From sequence record LC788709.1: 64,000 nucleotides of DNA; one strand, written 5' to 3'. Below are positions 1 through 12,200 of the stretch, piece after piece (within the stretch, counting starts at the first letter, position 1; the number at the start of each line of letters is the position of its first letter). Below the pieces are notes generated by a model. That model was given only the letters and a program-made list of their open reading frames with translations. It was not told the DNA's origin and ran no database searches. Made by a program: the position numbers and the translations under genes. This DNA comes from Escherichia coli phage Shin27.

Positions 1-189
1 TTTTTTTTTTTTTTTGAGAGGGTGCAAAACGAACCTCTTGCATTTTGCGTTTTCATATTGTACATAAGAACAGCCTAAGAATCAGCGAACTGTTAACATA
101 ACAGAACACGCGTTGCGTTGCTAGGATAATCAATGTTCAGGCTTGTTTCGCAGCAATATTTTTCAGTGACAGATTGCACTCCACTTATA

Positions 190-3100
190 CTACGGTAGTT
201 CTGTAATTGTTGGAGCATTTCCGTTAAGCATTGATTTTACAAGGTTTTTCAGTTCATATAACTCATTGCGTAATACGTTAATTTCCTCCTGTTGATTATC
301 AATCTTTGCTTTTTGCTCTTTGAATGCGTTAACAAGAAGTGCGACAACACCATTATAGTTAATGCCTTTGATTGCCTCGCCTTTTGGGTCTAGCTGACCA
401 TCGTTATTCAAAGAATGAACCGCTTCCGGCAAAACCCTTTCAACATCTTGTGCGATCAATCCAGCCTCAATACTATAAACGCTGTTTTCATCTTCAATTA
501 GATTGTTGCGCTTGTAGTAAGTATAACCAGTTAGATAATCAATTTTGTCGGATGCCGTTTCGATCTCTTTTAGATGTGCTTTTAATCTAATGTCAGACCT
601 GCTAACCCAATTTGATGCGCTACCATTTCCAGCACTATCAAAAATAAATTCAGCGCCCTTAACATAAAGATGTGTTTCAGCGCTGCCAGAAGTCCACGGA
701 ACAACATCCATGCCAGCTATCCAATCTTTCCCCCAATAAACAGATTTAAATATGGCAACCGCAGAATCAAATCCAGTGTGCTCAACAAGCAATCCAGACG
801 CACGACTACGCCAGTCGGCAAATGCACCACCCTCAACTTGACCAGCAATAAGAGCGTTTGGATCACCGCGCCTAACTCCATTTACATACATACCCCTTGC
901 GTAATCATCAGCATAAGATGATATGACCCTGTAAGTGTTTATTCCTGATGGAGTCCATGCAAATATTCTCGCTGAATCAGCAAACGCGCTTATGTGACCA
1001 TCACGATCCCATTTAAGACCTGAATCATGATCCCCAATTGCTATAGAGTAATCACCAAGAGCCGATTGAGCATCAGGACTTAATAACATCAATTGCTTAT
1101 CAGATCTTGCTATCCTGTACCATCCACCCCAAGAGCCATTATTGCAAATGATACCCCATTTATTGCCATTCATTGTGGTTGCAACAATATTTCCATACTC
1201 AACATGGCCGTTTGCATTTTTACGGTGAACATGCAATTCATACATCCACCAACCAGAGGCTTCAGGTGGTTGATATGTAACAAGTTCTCCGCTTGAGTAA
1301 TAACCGCTTTCTGCGTATGTTGACATAAACCCAAGAATGTTTGAAGTATCCGGGATGACAATTGCTTGACCACCAACAGGAGTGTTTAAGTTCTTTCTTG
1401 CTCCAACATCACTTGTTGCACCAGTGCCGCCCTGTTGAATTCCAAGAGGAACAAACTGTTGCGTTGCAGTATTCCAATAACCCCAGCCATCATTACCAAC
1501 CGTTAGGTATTTAATTGTATCTGGCGACTGAATAAATGTTTCACCATCACCCTGATTAAACCTGTTAACCTGAAAATTAATTCTCGCTTGAGCAACGTTT
1601 TCAGCACCAGTACCGCCAGCATCAATAGAAAGCGCAGATGTGCTGTTATTGTCATTACGCGTAACGCGCCATTCCCCATTGTTAGCGATCCGTAATTCAT
1701 AAGTCCATGCAGGATTACGAAAAGAATTATAAGCGCCAGCATATTGATCTTTTACAGAATTAACAGCCTCAACTTTTAGCGCCTCCCTTGCAAGGTCTTT
1801 GTTTGCAAGATCATTAAGGTTCTGATCCTTCTTTAACGACGCTTGCATAACCTGTTCTGCTGATGCAGCCGCTGTCTCCGCTCTATCTGCTGCACTGGTG
1901 GCATTAGTAGCTTTCTCTCCTGCTATTGTAGCGCTACCAGCGGCCTCCAGGGCCTTGTCTGTTGCTGTCGTTGCAGCAGTAGTGGCGGTATTTTTAAATA
2001 CCTCTGCTTCGTCTCTGTAGCCTTTGGTTGTGGTCATCGCTTGCGTAGCTGTATTCGCACTACCTGATGCACTTTGCTGAGCTAGCTTAGCAGCGTCTTC
2101 ACTAGCTTTTGAGTTAATTTCACTAGTCTTTGTATTAGTTTCTGAGTTTTTTGCTGCTAATGCTGATGTGGAGGCTTGTGCAGCGAATGCTTCTGCTTCA
2201 TCCCTGAATCCTTTGGAGTCAGAAGCAGAGGCAGCGGAATCAGCAGCATTAGTCTCACTAGTTTTTGCTGCTGCATATGCTGCTGCATTAGTCTCACTAG
2301 TTTTTGCATTAATCTCACTAGTTTTTGCATTAATCTCACTAGTTTTTGCTGCAGCTGATGATTCTTCACTAGTTTTTGCTGCTGCATATGCTGCTGCATT
2401 AGTCTCACTAGTTTTTGCATTAATCTCACTAGTTTTTGCATTAATCTCACTAGTTTTTGCTGCAGCTGATGATTCTATAGCAGTAGTTTCACTAATTTTT
2501 GCTGCAGCTGATGATTCTGCAGCTTTAGTAGCGGATGCAGCAGATTGAGAAGCAGAAATAGCAGACTGAGAAGCAGAAGCTTCAGAAGCTTCAGCAGAAA
2601 TAGCAGATTCATTCTCAGAATTCTTAGCATTAAGTTCTGAAGTCTTAGCAGCTATCTCGGAGTCTTTTGCAGTAGTAGCGTATTCTCCCGCCTCTGTAGC
2701 AGAACCAGCAGCAGCAATAGCCTGATTGGTAGATTCAGTAGCAGATGTAGCAGCATTTTGCTCAGAAGTAGCAGCAGCAGTCTTAGCAGCCTCAGCGTCC
2801 TTCTTAGCTTGTTCAGCTAATAGACGACTCTGTTCAGCATTTTGTGCAGCAAGTTCAGCAGAATCACGGAATCCTTTGGATTCCTCAGCTGACGTAGCAG
2901 AGGCATCAGCACTATCTTTAGATAAACCAGCTTGTCTCTCCGCTTCAGTAGCAGAAGCAGCAGATTGAGTTGCAGAAGTTTCTGAAGAGTTAGCGTAAAT
3001 TGCAGCTAGGTTCTCCGAGTCCTTAGCATTTGTTTCAGATTCTTTTGCTGCAATTTCAGAATCTTTTGCTGCCGCAGCAGAAGCAGCAGAGGCCTCAATA

Positions 3101-3240
3101 GCCCCTGTTAGTTCACTAGCAGTAATAGAACTAATAGAAGTACCTAAAACTACCGTATACTTAGGATATTTACTAGCAGTAGTTGTAGTGTCATCTATGT
3201 TCAGAATCTGCTGTACAATAATTTTAGTTTTAAGTGCCAT
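190..3240 (-). CDS. ltf: L-shaped side tail fibre protein (T5 pb1/LtfA-like) with C-terminal intramolecular chaperone/autoproteolysis domain
   Basis: 1016-aa ORF. The N-terminus (KYPKYTVVL) and the Ala/Ser/Glu-rich AKTSExN heptad shaft are typical of T5-family side fibres. The C-terminus (SDIRLK...GINYNGVVALLVNAFKEQ plus coiled coil) matches the endosialidase-type chaperone (S74) signature. Confidence 0.9.
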   Translation of the reverse strand: MALKTKIIVQQILNIDDTTTTASKYPKYTVVLGTSISSITASELTGAIEASAASAAAAKDSEIAAKESETNAKDSENLAAIYANSSETSATQSAASATEAERQAGLSKDSADASATSAEESKGFRDSAELAAQNAEQSRLLAEQAKKDAEAAKTAAATSEQNAATSATESTNQAIAAAGSATEAGEYATTAKDSEIAAKTSELNAKNSENESAISAEASEASASQSAISASQSAASATKAAESSAAAKISETTAIESSAAAKTSEINAKTSEINAKTSETNAAAYAAAKTSEESSAAAKTSEINAKTSEINAKTSETNAAAYAAAKTSETNAADSAASASDSKGFRDEAEAFAAQASTSALAAKNSETNTKTSEINSKASEDAAKLAQQSASGSANTATQAMTTTKGYRDEAEVFKNTATTAATTATDKALEAAGSATIAGEKATNATSAADRAETAAASAEQVMQASLKKDQNLNDLANKDLAREALKVEAVNSVKDQYAGAYNSFRNPAWTYELRIANNGEWRVTRNDNNSTSALSIDAGGTGAENVAQARINFQVNRFNQGDGETFIQSPDTIKYLTVGNDGWGYWNTATQQFVPLGIQQGGTGATSDVGARKNLNTPVGGQAIVIPDTSNILGFMSTYAESGYYSSGELVTYQPPEASGWWMYELHVHRKNANGHVEYGNIVATTMNGNKWGIICNNGSWGGWYRIARSDKQLMLLSPDAQSALGDYSIAIGDHDSGLKWDRDGHISAFADSARIFAWTPSGINTYRVISSYADDYARGMYVNGVRRGDPNALIAGQVEGGAFADWRSRASGLLVEHTGFDSAVAIFKSVYWGKDWIAGMDVVPWTSGSAETHLYVKGAEFIFDSAGNGSASNWVSRSDIRLKAHLKEIETASDKIDYLTGYTYYKRNNLIEDENSVYSIEAGLIAQDVERVLPEAVHSLNNDGQLDPKGEAIKGINYNGVVALLVNAFKEQKAKIDNQQEEINVLRNELYELKNLVKSMLNGNAPTITELP
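2256..2477. repeat. perfect 2 x 111-bp in-frame tandem duplication inside the side-fibre gene
   Basis: 2256-2366 and 2367-2477 are identical at 110/111 positions. Each unit contains nested 21-bp CTCACTAGTTTTTGCATTAAT-type units. Confidence 0.9.
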
Positions 3241-3662
3241 TATTGAGTTACTCCATCGCTGATGTATACTTTACCTTCCATAATACGGAAAGAATTGACT
3301 TCAGAGCCAATTACATCACGAGTCATTAGGATATCATAATAACCAGCAAAACGTTGTCTTGGGTTATACTTATCACGTTCTTTAGATGCTTTTTCACCAA
3401 TATTAGTAGTGTCTGCAATGGAAAGACTAATTGCAGCAGCACCTTGGGCAGCATCAATAATATGAGTTTTAAAATCAGCTAGAACCTCGGCGTTCTCATC
3501 TAAACTAGATTTAATAGTTCCTCGGAGTGAATATCCGGTTAAGTTAACAGGAACTTCTGTTGGTGGATATACACTGTCATCAACATCCATAAACTGCATG
3601 ATAAGACCATAAGGTACTTTCTCATCAACAACAATATCAATAACTCGGTTTTCTGTACTCAT
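3240..3662 (-). CDS. tail collar protein (T5 p132-like slot)
   Basis: 140-aa ORF between the side-fibre and central-fibre genes. Its stop abuts the start of the next gene. The name rests on recalled T5 gene order only. Confidence 0.55.
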   Translation of the reverse strand: MSTENRVIDIVVDEKVPYGLIMQFMDVDDSVYPPTEVPVNLTGYSLRGTIKSSLDENAEVLADFKTHIIDAAQGAAAISLSIADTTNIGEKASKERDKYNPRQRFAGYYDILMTRDVIGSEVNSFRIMEGKVYISDGVTQ

Positions 3663-3667
3663 TATAA

Positions 3668-5725
3668 TTACCTTATATGGATATACCCACTATTTAGGTC
3701 TATCTTCATCTTGTAGTATGCTTCAGGGTTCCCTGATAATGCAGCATTTCTATCGTAGATTATATTAACACCTATTTGTGATAAGAAGGCATTTCCTGCC
3801 ACAATCTTATCAGCAGTTACAGTTCCATTAACAATCATGTTGCCATGAAGAACCATTGCAGGGTTAATCCATCCAGCCCCGTTCCATTGACGGGTAAATG
3901 CTGTTTGTGGAGCATTACTGTTAAATTGTGTTAAGACATCGTATTTAACTGGAGGTTTTCCAAAGTTATTTTGGAAGAATGCATTAGCCTGTCCATCATC
4001 CCAACCACCTAATCCAGGAATACCCATGGAGTACATCCCAGGACCACGCTGTCCATCATGTCCTATAGTACCTTCAGTACCACTCCACTGAACCACATCA
4101 GACCAGCTAGTACCTTCGAGAAGTTTGTTAGTAACTGGATCAAGTGTACCCGTAGTAGCATAGATATTTTGTGTCATATCTGTACGATTAGGTGGAGTTT
4201 TTGACCAACCAGGAGGTGGATAATCTTGTTCTAGCGGTTTAGCTGGTAGAGATGTTGCTAACTTATAAACAAATACTGTTTGTTTACCCTGTAATCCAGT
4301 ACCAATATCTACGTCACCATTTGGTGTTCCAATTACTACACCACTAGAAATACGTAGGGTAGTACCATCATAACGTATCCATTGTGTAGCATTACCAATG
4401 TCTAATTTAGCTTTGGCAGAGGTATTATCCATGCCCATCCAAATACCAGAGTTATTATCTCCCCAAGATTTACCTTGAGTGTAAATTGCTGGATTATCTT
4501 TACCAGACAAGTTAGTCATAATAAAGTTTGCAGCATTAATATCTCTAGTGATTACTTTACCATCAACGTTAACAATACGGTTTATAGGGTCGAAAGAAAT
4601 AGGTGCTTTACCTTCTTCATCTAGCAGACCAATGTTAATAGCACCAGTAGCTGCATCAATTAGGAATGTTTGTCTCCAGATTTCCCCATCTTTCATGCTG
4701 CCTTTAATAAAGGCATAGTTAACATCAATACCCGTCTCATTGACAAAGCTGTTGTCTAGAGGAGTATCTTCATTCAGAATAAATGTTACAGGAACTGACT
4801 CTGTTATATCTTGTTTATTTGGTCCCCAGGCAATTGATGATACCTTAAAAGTATGTTCAACTTTCCATGGGAATGATATAATTGTTGCAGCTCTGGCAGC
4901 ACCCACGTTTATCTTTTGAGCTTTAGCCCATCCGGTTTTAGCATATTCCTCGGAGTTTATGTAAGTAACCAAAAACTCACGAACGTTAGCACCAGCACCA
5001 CGTTCCCAATCCCACTCAATTCTAACATCATATCGTTCTTTACCATCTGCAATTCGTGCAGCTTTAAAAACAATATCGATAGGTGCGGTAGGAGGAACAA
5101 AGTTATAAGCTACAGTTAGAATACTAGGGAATTCATAGTATCCAGAAGAATCAACTGTAACACCATCAGGCATAGTTACTTGACCAGATATTCTGATCTT
5201 ATAATCTCCGATAGGAACTCCACCAAATTTAATAGTAGAACCTAAAGCCCCAATGTAATATTTAGTCCATGGACTGTCTTCAGTGGCTGTACTTTTTAAC
5301 TCAATAGTACAGTAGCTTGCTTCACCAGTTGTTTCCACAACAACTATCGGTGAGCCCACCCCAACATCCACGGGTTCTGACTCAGATCTTGCTGCAACAA
5401 TTATTGGCTTCTCTTTTGTTTTAAAGTTAGTTTCATTAGAGAGGTTAATACCAATTTTTGCATTTAAAAGTTCTGAGTCAATAATTGAGTCATAAAAAGC
5501 TCCCTGAACCTGATAGGTAGTTGAGGGAGTTAAGTTATTGATCATAACAAAGAAAGTGTCGATTCCAGTGAAATCTCTTCTATCCACTTCTTCGCCAAGT
5601 TTAAGCCAAAATGATCTACCGATAACATCGTAGTCGGTATAGATAGAATGCTGGATATACGCCATAGTATATCCAGTCATAATACTATTTAAGACCATCT
5701 TGGCTGGTGCATTATTCGAAATCAT
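3668..5725 (-). CDS. central straight fibre protein (pb4-like)
   Basis: 685-aa beta-rich ORF directly downstream of the hub gene. Size and position match T5 pb4. Confidence 0.75.
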   Translation of the reverse strand: MISNNAPAKMVLNSIMTGYTMAYIQHSIYTDYDVIGRSFWLKLGEEVDRRDFTGIDTFFVMINNLTPSTTYQVQGAFYDSIIDSELLNAKIGINLSNETNFKTKEKPIIVAARSESEPVDVGVGSPIVVVETTGEASYCTIELKSTATEDSPWTKYYIGALGSTIKFGGVPIGDYKIRISGQVTMPDGVTVDSSGYYEFPSILTVAYNFVPPTAPIDIVFKAARIADGKERYDVRIEWDWERGAGANVREFLVTYINSEEYAKTGWAKAQKINVGAARAATIISFPWKVEHTFKVSSIAWGPNKQDITESVPVTFILNEDTPLDNSFVNETGIDVNYAFIKGSMKDGEIWRQTFLIDAATGAINIGLLDEEGKAPISFDPINRIVNVDGKVITRDINAANFIMTNLSGKDNPAIYTQGKSWGDNNSGIWMGMDNTSAKAKLDIGNATQWIRYDGTTLRISSGVVIGTPNGDVDIGTGLQGKQTVFVYKLATSLPAKPLEQDYPPPGWSKTPPNRTDMTQNIYATTGTLDPVTNKLLEGTSWSDVVQWSGTEGTIGHDGQRGPGMYSMGIPGLGGWDDGQANAFFQNNFGKPPVKYDVLTQFNSNAPQTAFTRQWNGAGWINPAMVLHGNMIVNGTVTADKIVAGNAFLSQIGVNIIYDRNAALSGNPEAYYKMKIDLNSGYIHIR

Positions 5726-8575
5726 TTAAATAGATGCCCAATCCACAGATTGCTCGCCATTATCACCTTCTGCTCTTATACGGAAGCGTAACTTCCTATT
5801 AATACCTAGAGCATCCTCGTTATGAAGAGCATAGTCTGCCTTATTGTATATCAGTAGATAATCGTAGACATACTGATCTTCAATTCGTACACTTCTTAAT
5901 AAACGATCTAGGTTATCGTAGATTTCGAGAGTGTAGAAGATTCCATCAATAATATCTTCTTCTGGAATTCTATCCCAGGCCAACTTAACGTCTGGTCCTA
6001 CAAACTCCGATGCATCTCCTGAAGCTGTGTTAGTAACCCTGAAATTACTAACGACGCTTAAGTTTTTAGCAGAGTTAAGTTCTACCGATAGTGTTACAGG
6101 AGAACTTCGTCTACCATTAATATCTACAGCTCTAATCTCAAAGACTGCTAAACCAGCAGGTTCTCCAATAATTTCTTGGATCATTCGTAGATTTGGATTA
6201 GTTTCTAGTTGCTGTACTATATAAGGATCAGCATGCCCAGAGTGAACGATGGAGTAATAAACAACGTTATTAGTTAAGCTAGGAAGCCAAGATAGCTCAC
6301 CATTCTTACCAATAGATCCTACTTGTCCACCAGGTGTTGGTGTATACATAAAGTCTCTAGGAGGCAGTACGTTATTACTAACATCAGGAATATCATTACC
6401 ACTATTATCTACCTGTTCAGAGTTAATAAATACATCTTCTCCATACTCTTGTAGAGTAATATTAATCTTGCCTTCTCTTGAGTTCTCAACCTCATCTACT
6501 AGGAAGTATTTCTTATTCCACCCATAACGGTCATAAGTAAACGCTACTGGATCGTTGGGTTCAATACCAATGAAATGGTAAGGTAGAGAGAAAGATAGAG
6601 TTCGAGAGTAACGAGACTTTTTAAGTTCTCTATCAGCAAAACTACGTGCAGTGTAGTAGTTAGTAATGTTTGCAAAGGATAATTGCAGCTTTTTATCTAA
6701 TCCTTTATCCTGCTCTTTAAATATAGAGTTAAAGAATGTAATGGAGTTAGTTTTCCAGCTTAATGCGGGATCTAGTATAGAGGCTTGTACTGAGTTAAAC
6801 TTATTTCTACCAGTAGTATCTGATAGCTCCAGATCACCATAGGTATCTAAGAAGTCAATCTCTAATGGGGTGTTTGAGAACTTCTCAACAGTTATTCTAT
6901 ACTGTCCAGATAAGTTGTTGATAGCACCGCCATAAGACTCTATTAATCCCTGCACGTTTTTAAATACTGACTCAGAGGTATCGAGAATAGTATTCATTTG
7001 AACTATTTGTCTATTCTCTCCTACAGCATCAGTCCATCCAACGTATCTCCAGTAGGGCTGCCAAGAAACCTGATAGGATTCATCAATGATATCCAGGATA
7101 GCTGCTTCTTGAATAAGTTGCTGGAGAGGGAACTGATCAATAGTGATATTAGCACCGTAGCGGTCAGAGGTTAGGTAGTCCAGAGTTTGCCAGATACCAT
7201 TTAAGCTAGTCTTATCAGCAGTTACTCTACCATCTGAATGATAGATCTTAATCTTCTTACCTTGAACTTCAGCGCTAACTTCTGGAATTTCTGTTCTGTT
7301 TTCATTAATAGTAAAGCGAACAATAGCATAAGCAGTATCTAACAGTTTATAACGAGTGTCCCAGTATTCCGGTCCATTCTCATTCATGTTCTGTAGATAG
7401 AAACCTTTCTCTTTTGCAATGTTAACTAGAACATCAGCAGCAGATTGATCAGCCTTACCATGATAAGTCCAGATACGGATATCGCCATTACCATCATTAT
7501 ACTTATATTCCTGTCCATGAACAGAAGGTTCAGAGCTTGGTTGACCAGAAGCAATACGTTGCATGGTATCGCCAGCTACTTTCTTAGTACCAAAGCAAGT
7601 ACGAGACTTACTATCATTAGGATCAATACAGATCATTGGTACATCACCAAAGTAAAAATCTAGGAACCCATCAATCTCACCCTCACAGAAAGCGTATACT
7701 ACATATACGATATTAGGATTATGCAGTTCAGTATCTGCAAATACTGGGACTCCAGGAATTTTCTGAACTCCATATACTACTGGCAGGAATTTAGCAGCTA
7801 AGTTAAAATCAAGATCTACTTCCTTAGTTACAGTCTCATAGTATTTCTTTAGGCTATAGCTTCTAGAAAGACCAAATAACTTTTTCTTAGATTGTAACTT
7901 ATAACGTTCTTCCTGAACCTGATACTTAGCAAGAATAGAAATACTCTTGTTAGCATGAAAGAATCCGTAGTCCTCTTGATATTCAGGTCGTTTAGCACCA
8001 TTAGATGGAACTAATTGGCCAGCAACAATCTCAAGTCCCCTATGGTCAGCATCATCTGTGAAACGTCCGTTTACTCTATCAAAGTCATAGAATTGGTTTG
8101 AACAGTTCCATGTAATAACAGATGTACTAACTCCAGAAGTACCAATGTTATCCTTAATACCACCACCAGTGATTTTACCACGGAAGTAAAGTAAAGGACC
8201 ATTAGTATCTGGATCTACAGGAAGAATGTTACCTTCTTCATCAATAACCGCTTGATGGATTGAAATAGATCTATCTAGGAAGGATACACCATTTTGGACT
8301 AGTTTTAATACTTCATCCTCAGCAGTACCTGTGATAGTAAAAGAAAGGCTACCAATGGAAAGTTTTCTATTTTGTTTATGTGTTGTTATAGACTTAACTT
8401 TACCGGATGTGTAAAGAATACCATTATAAATTACATCCCTAAAATAGTCTGTAAGATAAATGTACGCAGAACTTGATCCGGTAGAGCTTGGCAATTCAAG
8501 AGTAATAAGGCATGCAGTTTTTATTTTATTATTGGTTCTTAGATACTCTCTTGCACTGTCAAGAATTTTCTTCAT
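5726..8575 (-). CDS. baseplate hub protein (pb3-like)
   Basis: 949-aa ORF between the pb9-like and pb4-like genes, with a 4-nt overlap with the upstream gene. Size and order are as in T5. Confidence 0.8.
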   Translation of the reverse strand: MKKILDSAREYLRTNNKIKTACLITLELPSSTGSSSAYIYLTDYFRDVIYNGILYTSGKVKSITTHKQNRKLSIGSLSFTITGTAEDEVLKLVQNGVSFLDRSISIHQAVIDEEGNILPVDPDTNGPLLYFRGKITGGGIKDNIGTSGVSTSVITWNCSNQFYDFDRVNGRFTDDADHRGLEIVAGQLVPSNGAKRPEYQEDYGFFHANKSISILAKYQVQEERYKLQSKKKLFGLSRSYSLKKYYETVTKEVDLDFNLAAKFLPVVYGVQKIPGVPVFADTELHNPNIVYVVYAFCEGEIDGFLDFYFGDVPMICIDPNDSKSRTCFGTKKVAGDTMQRIASGQPSSEPSVHGQEYKYNDGNGDIRIWTYHGKADQSAADVLVNIAKEKGFYLQNMNENGPEYWDTRYKLLDTAYAIVRFTINENRTEIPEVSAEVQGKKIKIYHSDGRVTADKTSLNGIWQTLDYLTSDRYGANITIDQFPLQQLIQEAAILDIIDESYQVSWQPYWRYVGWTDAVGENRQIVQMNTILDTSESVFKNVQGLIESYGGAINNLSGQYRITVEKFSNTPLEIDFLDTYGDLELSDTTGRNKFNSVQASILDPALSWKTNSITFFNSIFKEQDKGLDKKLQLSFANITNYYTARSFADRELKKSRYSRTLSFSLPYHFIGIEPNDPVAFTYDRYGWNKKYFLVDEVENSREGKINITLQEYGEDVFINSEQVDNSGNDIPDVSNNVLPPRDFMYTPTPGGQVGSIGKNGELSWLPSLTNNVVYYSIVHSGHADPYIVQQLETNPNLRMIQEIIGEPAGLAVFEIRAVDINGRRSSPVTLSVELNSAKNLSVVSNFRVTNTASGDASEFVGPDVKLAWDRIPEEDIIDGIFYTLEIYDNLDRLLRSVRIEDQYVYDYLLIYNKADYALHNEDALGINRKLRFRIRAEGDNGEQSVDWASI

Positions 8576-9186
8576 AGACTTTCCCTCAAGGAAAGTGAAA
8601 TACCAGTATATGTACCATTACTATTTAACGTAGAGCCAAAACTGTCTCCGTTCATTAATTTAGTTCTAAACAGAATACCATTAAATACCGGTTTCTCACT
8701 ACCCGTAGTAGTAATGAATAGATCAGGATAAACACTTATATTCCAAGTATTTCCTGCTGTGTTGATAGAAGTGATTTTGTACACTTTTGGATGGTTGGAC
8801 AATTTAAATAAATCGCCTGGTTTAGGCAGTCCACGAAGTGTACCTTTAGTGTCCATAATAACTATTGAACCTTTTTGTCCGGCAGGAATATTTACAGCAC
8901 TAGTATCACCACGAACTCGGAAAGCCTCATATTGTGGTAATAACACATCAATATAGCTACCTGTTCTTTTATAATCTAGAATGAATGAGTCTAATTTAGC
9001 AAATTCATCTGGGAATAATTCTGGATAAGAGATATTAATACCCCAATATTGAGCAGACACCTTAACCTCCCTAACTTTACCATTAGGTAATTCATCACGA
9101 ATCATAGGGTCATTGTCTACTAAGTTAACGCTTTCAAAACCTAACCCTGATAGCTCTGGGTTCGTGTATGGGTCTGGTAGTCTCAT
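8572..9186 (-). CDS. distal tail protein (pb9-like)
   Basis: 204-aa ORF immediately after the tape-measure gene and a promoter-like site. The position matches T5 pb9. Confidence 0.75.
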   Translation of the reverse strand: MRLPDPYTNPELSGLGFESVNLVDNDPMIRDELPNGKVREVKVSAQYWGINISYPELFPDEFAKLDSFILDYKRTGSYIDVLLPQYEAFRVRGDTSAVNIPAGQKGSIVIMDTKGTLRGLPKPGDLFKLSNHPKVYKITSINTAGNTWNISVYPDLFITTTGSEKPVFNGILFRTKLMNGDSFGSTLNSNGTYTGISLSLRESL

Positions 9187-9212
9187 AGTTAATTTCTCCT
9201 CTTAATAACAAT

Positions 9213-9241
9213 ATTATAATAGGATTGGAAAATTTTATCAA
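9213..9241 (-). promoter_or_regulatory. sigma70-type promoter upstream of the pb9-like gene
   Basis: Coding strand reads TTGATA, 17 nt, TATAAT. It follows the pb2 terminator. Confidence 0.55.
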
Positions 9242-9258
9242 GAAATTTTTATTTTTCC

Positions 9259-9289
9259 ATAAAGAAAAGGAGGACATAAAGTCCTCCTC
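9259..9289 (-). terminator. Rho-independent terminator after the tape-measure gene
   Basis: Coding strand reads GGAGGAC-TTTAT-GTCCTCC followed by TTTTCTTT. Confidence 0.7.
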
Positions 9290-9294
9290 CAGTA

Positions 9295-12200
9295 TTAAGA
9301 ATTACCAAGTGATTTCAGGGTGGTTCCATTCTCATTAAGAGCCTGTTCTACGGCATCCCTGAAAGCAGCACTGTTGCTCGAAGCAAAGTCTCGGAAGCTA
9401 GCCGCATCCATCGTACTGATGTTCAGCACAATAGGTCTACCCGATGTACCCTTTGAAGATCCTTTGAGTTCATCAGTAGGAGTAGCCTTCATCGGAACCA
9501 TAGGAGTGATTACTTCGGTACCATGTTCACCCATCTGGTAACTAACTCCAGGATACATATTACCACCTTCTGCACGGGGTACGAAAGAGTTAGCATTACC
9601 AATCCCTTGATCTCCTCGAATATAAGAAAGCTCACCTGCGTTAGCCGACATAGAAACGTCTACGTTCTTCTGGCGCTCTCCAAGAGTTAAGTAACCAGCT
9701 GTCTCAGCACCAGAGTCCCCAATAGAAGACATACCAGATGCAGAGGATGCTTGAGCAAGAGCCATAGCACCTGCTAAACCAGCCGCAACCATCAGAGGAA
9801 TAGAGAATGGATACGGAACAGCTGTTGCTGCCTGCATCACCGCTACTGCCGTCTGGATAATGATTTGCTTCTTAGCCGCATCTTGCTGGATCTTGAGCTT
9901 TTCAGCCTCTAACTTCTTGATCTTAGCTTTAGATTGCTCAGATTTACCATCACGTTTCTGTTCTGCTGCAATAGCTGCATCAATAGCACTTACCTGTTGA
10001 CCAACACTATACTGAATCATTGAAGATACAGTTTGCATACCAGCCGCTACTAGAGAAGTGGTATCCAGAGATCCTTGTGAAAACTGGATCATAGCATTAG
10101 TTAGGTTACCCATGCTTTGTGCTACAGCAGTTGCTTCGGAGTTCAGTTCAGACAGCTTAGAAATAGCCTGGTCATAGGATGCCATTCTATTCTGCATATC
10201 CATATTTGCTTTATCATCTCCTTCCAGTCCAGTTGTTGGAGTGTAAACACCACCAACAGAAGAAGTGACTTGCTGCTGCATCTGAGCATCACGTTGCATC
10301 TTAAGCTGTGCTAGAGCTGCCGAAGTTTCTTGGATTTTACGCTTATACTCTTCCTGAGCTTGTGCATTTCCTTTTGTAATTTCCAGTAAACTTTGGTACA
10401 GAGCTTGCTGTTCGGTTAGTCTCTGAGATTCCCCCGTAACGTTTCTGCTAGTCTGTGAAATATTAAGAGCTCTTTCACGTCCAGAAGCCATTTCCCTTTG
10501 CTGATCCTGACGGAATTTCCAGATTTCACGTTCAATTTGTGCCTGAGCTCGTCTTGATTGTTCAGCTTCCTTCTGCTTATCAATCTGCTTGGAGTACCAC
10601 ACATACTTCTCTTTCTCGATAGTCAGTTCAAGGTTCAACTGAGCTAAACGATATTGAGTATCTGTCATAGTACGGTTATTCAGGAGAGCAATTTCACGAT
10701 CAACACCAAGAATCTTATCGGTATAGTCCTTAACCTTCTTCTGAGCTTCCATACCCTGGTTAGTGATCTTGATACGTTCTAGCTGAATCTTAGCTATCTC
10801 ACCTTCGATTGCTTTGTTACCCTTGTTAGTTTCTAGGACACGCTTAAGAGCTGCTTCCTGTTCTTCTAACTGTTGGATTTCCAGACGTCTACCAGCTTCC
10901 TGTGCTTTCTCTTTGTCCTTAGTCTGGCTATACACTTCGGCAATCTTCTGCTGAACTTCTAGCTGATTCTTAGTCTCATTACCAGTTAATTTTACATAAC
11001 CAGCAAGAGCTTGTGAAGCAGTCTTCATCTCACTAAGAGTATTATACCCTAAGTTCAGGCTCTTAACATACTCATCAGCATTTTTACCAGTACCCGCGGA
11101 TAGAGACTCAATAGTCTTAATCGTATCTGATAAGGATGCACTAGTTTTAGCCGCAGTATTAGTATTCTGAGCGATGTTCTGGATATCGTTAGCTAAATCA
11201 CTAGCAGTTTTCTTAGCCTGATCATATGCTTTCTGCTGTTCTGTCAGTCCTTTCAGAGTTGCAGAGTTGAAGTCATAAACCGCATCAGGGTCATTTGCAT
11301 CTTTCTGTAGGTTAATTTGCTTCTGGAATTCTGGATTAGCCTTAGCAGCTGCAGCACCAGCAGCTTGGTATGCCGATTTCCATGCATTAAGATTGCCAGT
11401 TGAATCCTCTACTTCCTTATCAAGACGCTCTACCTGGAGAGCTAATGCAGCAGTATCTGCAATAAATTTCTGGTTTTCTTCAGAAGATCCTATGCGAACT
11501 CCTCCTACTTCAAAACCTCCTGCAGCTAACCCTACCGGTGCACCTTGAGCAACTAAACGAATAGCCCCTGCTGTAGATGCATCTGCTTGCTGCATACGCT
11601 TATCTAGATCAGCTTTTAACTTATTACGCTTTTCTAGAGATTCTTTGTACATATCAAGAGCTTTATTATATCCTTCCTCAGAAGCGGAAAGACTTAAAGC
11701 TACAGCACCAACGTTAGTTGGGTCAATCTGACGGTTAGTTTCTTCCTGTGCTCTAGCAGCAGAGGCCGAGATAGATGCTTGAGAAGTATAGAACACTGCG
11801 TTGATAGAATCAATTACTGGCCCTAAATACTTAGCAGCAGCCTGTTGAACCTTTCTCAGTGCAGCATCAGCATTAGCAGCAAACTGTTCCCAGGGGGTTG
11901 CACGAAGTACATCATCAAGATAGCCGAAACGTTTAGTAGATTCAGCGATAACTGCGTTAGCATATGCTTGTTGCTTCTGGAAAGTAGAGAGACTATTAAC
12001 GTTATATGTAATACCTGTGTTAGCAGCATTTAACTGTTTAACGTAGTCTGCGTAAGCATCGTTAAGACGAATAGTAACACCAAGTTCGTCCAGAAGTTCG
12101 ATTTCTTGTTTAGATACACCCTTGATTACACGGTTAAGTGCATCAGTCATATCAACACCAAGAACAGCAGCAGCACGACGAGCTACTAGACCAAATTTAT

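Noticed and set aside
1-60. A run of 15 T at the very start of the window, followed by a weak 5-bp hairpin (AGAGG...CCTCT).
   Set aside because: It could be the U-tract of a plus-strand terminator whose stem lies outside the window, or a homopolymer or assembly-edge artefact. It cannot be evaluated without upstream sequence.
2157-2968. Several 60-126-aa ORFs on both strands inside the side-fibre gene (2157-2450, 2168-2548, 2176-2358 and 2726-2968).
   Set aside because: They are generated by the Ala/Ser codon repeats of the fibre shaft. They consist of repetitive low-complexity translations nested in a well-supported gene.
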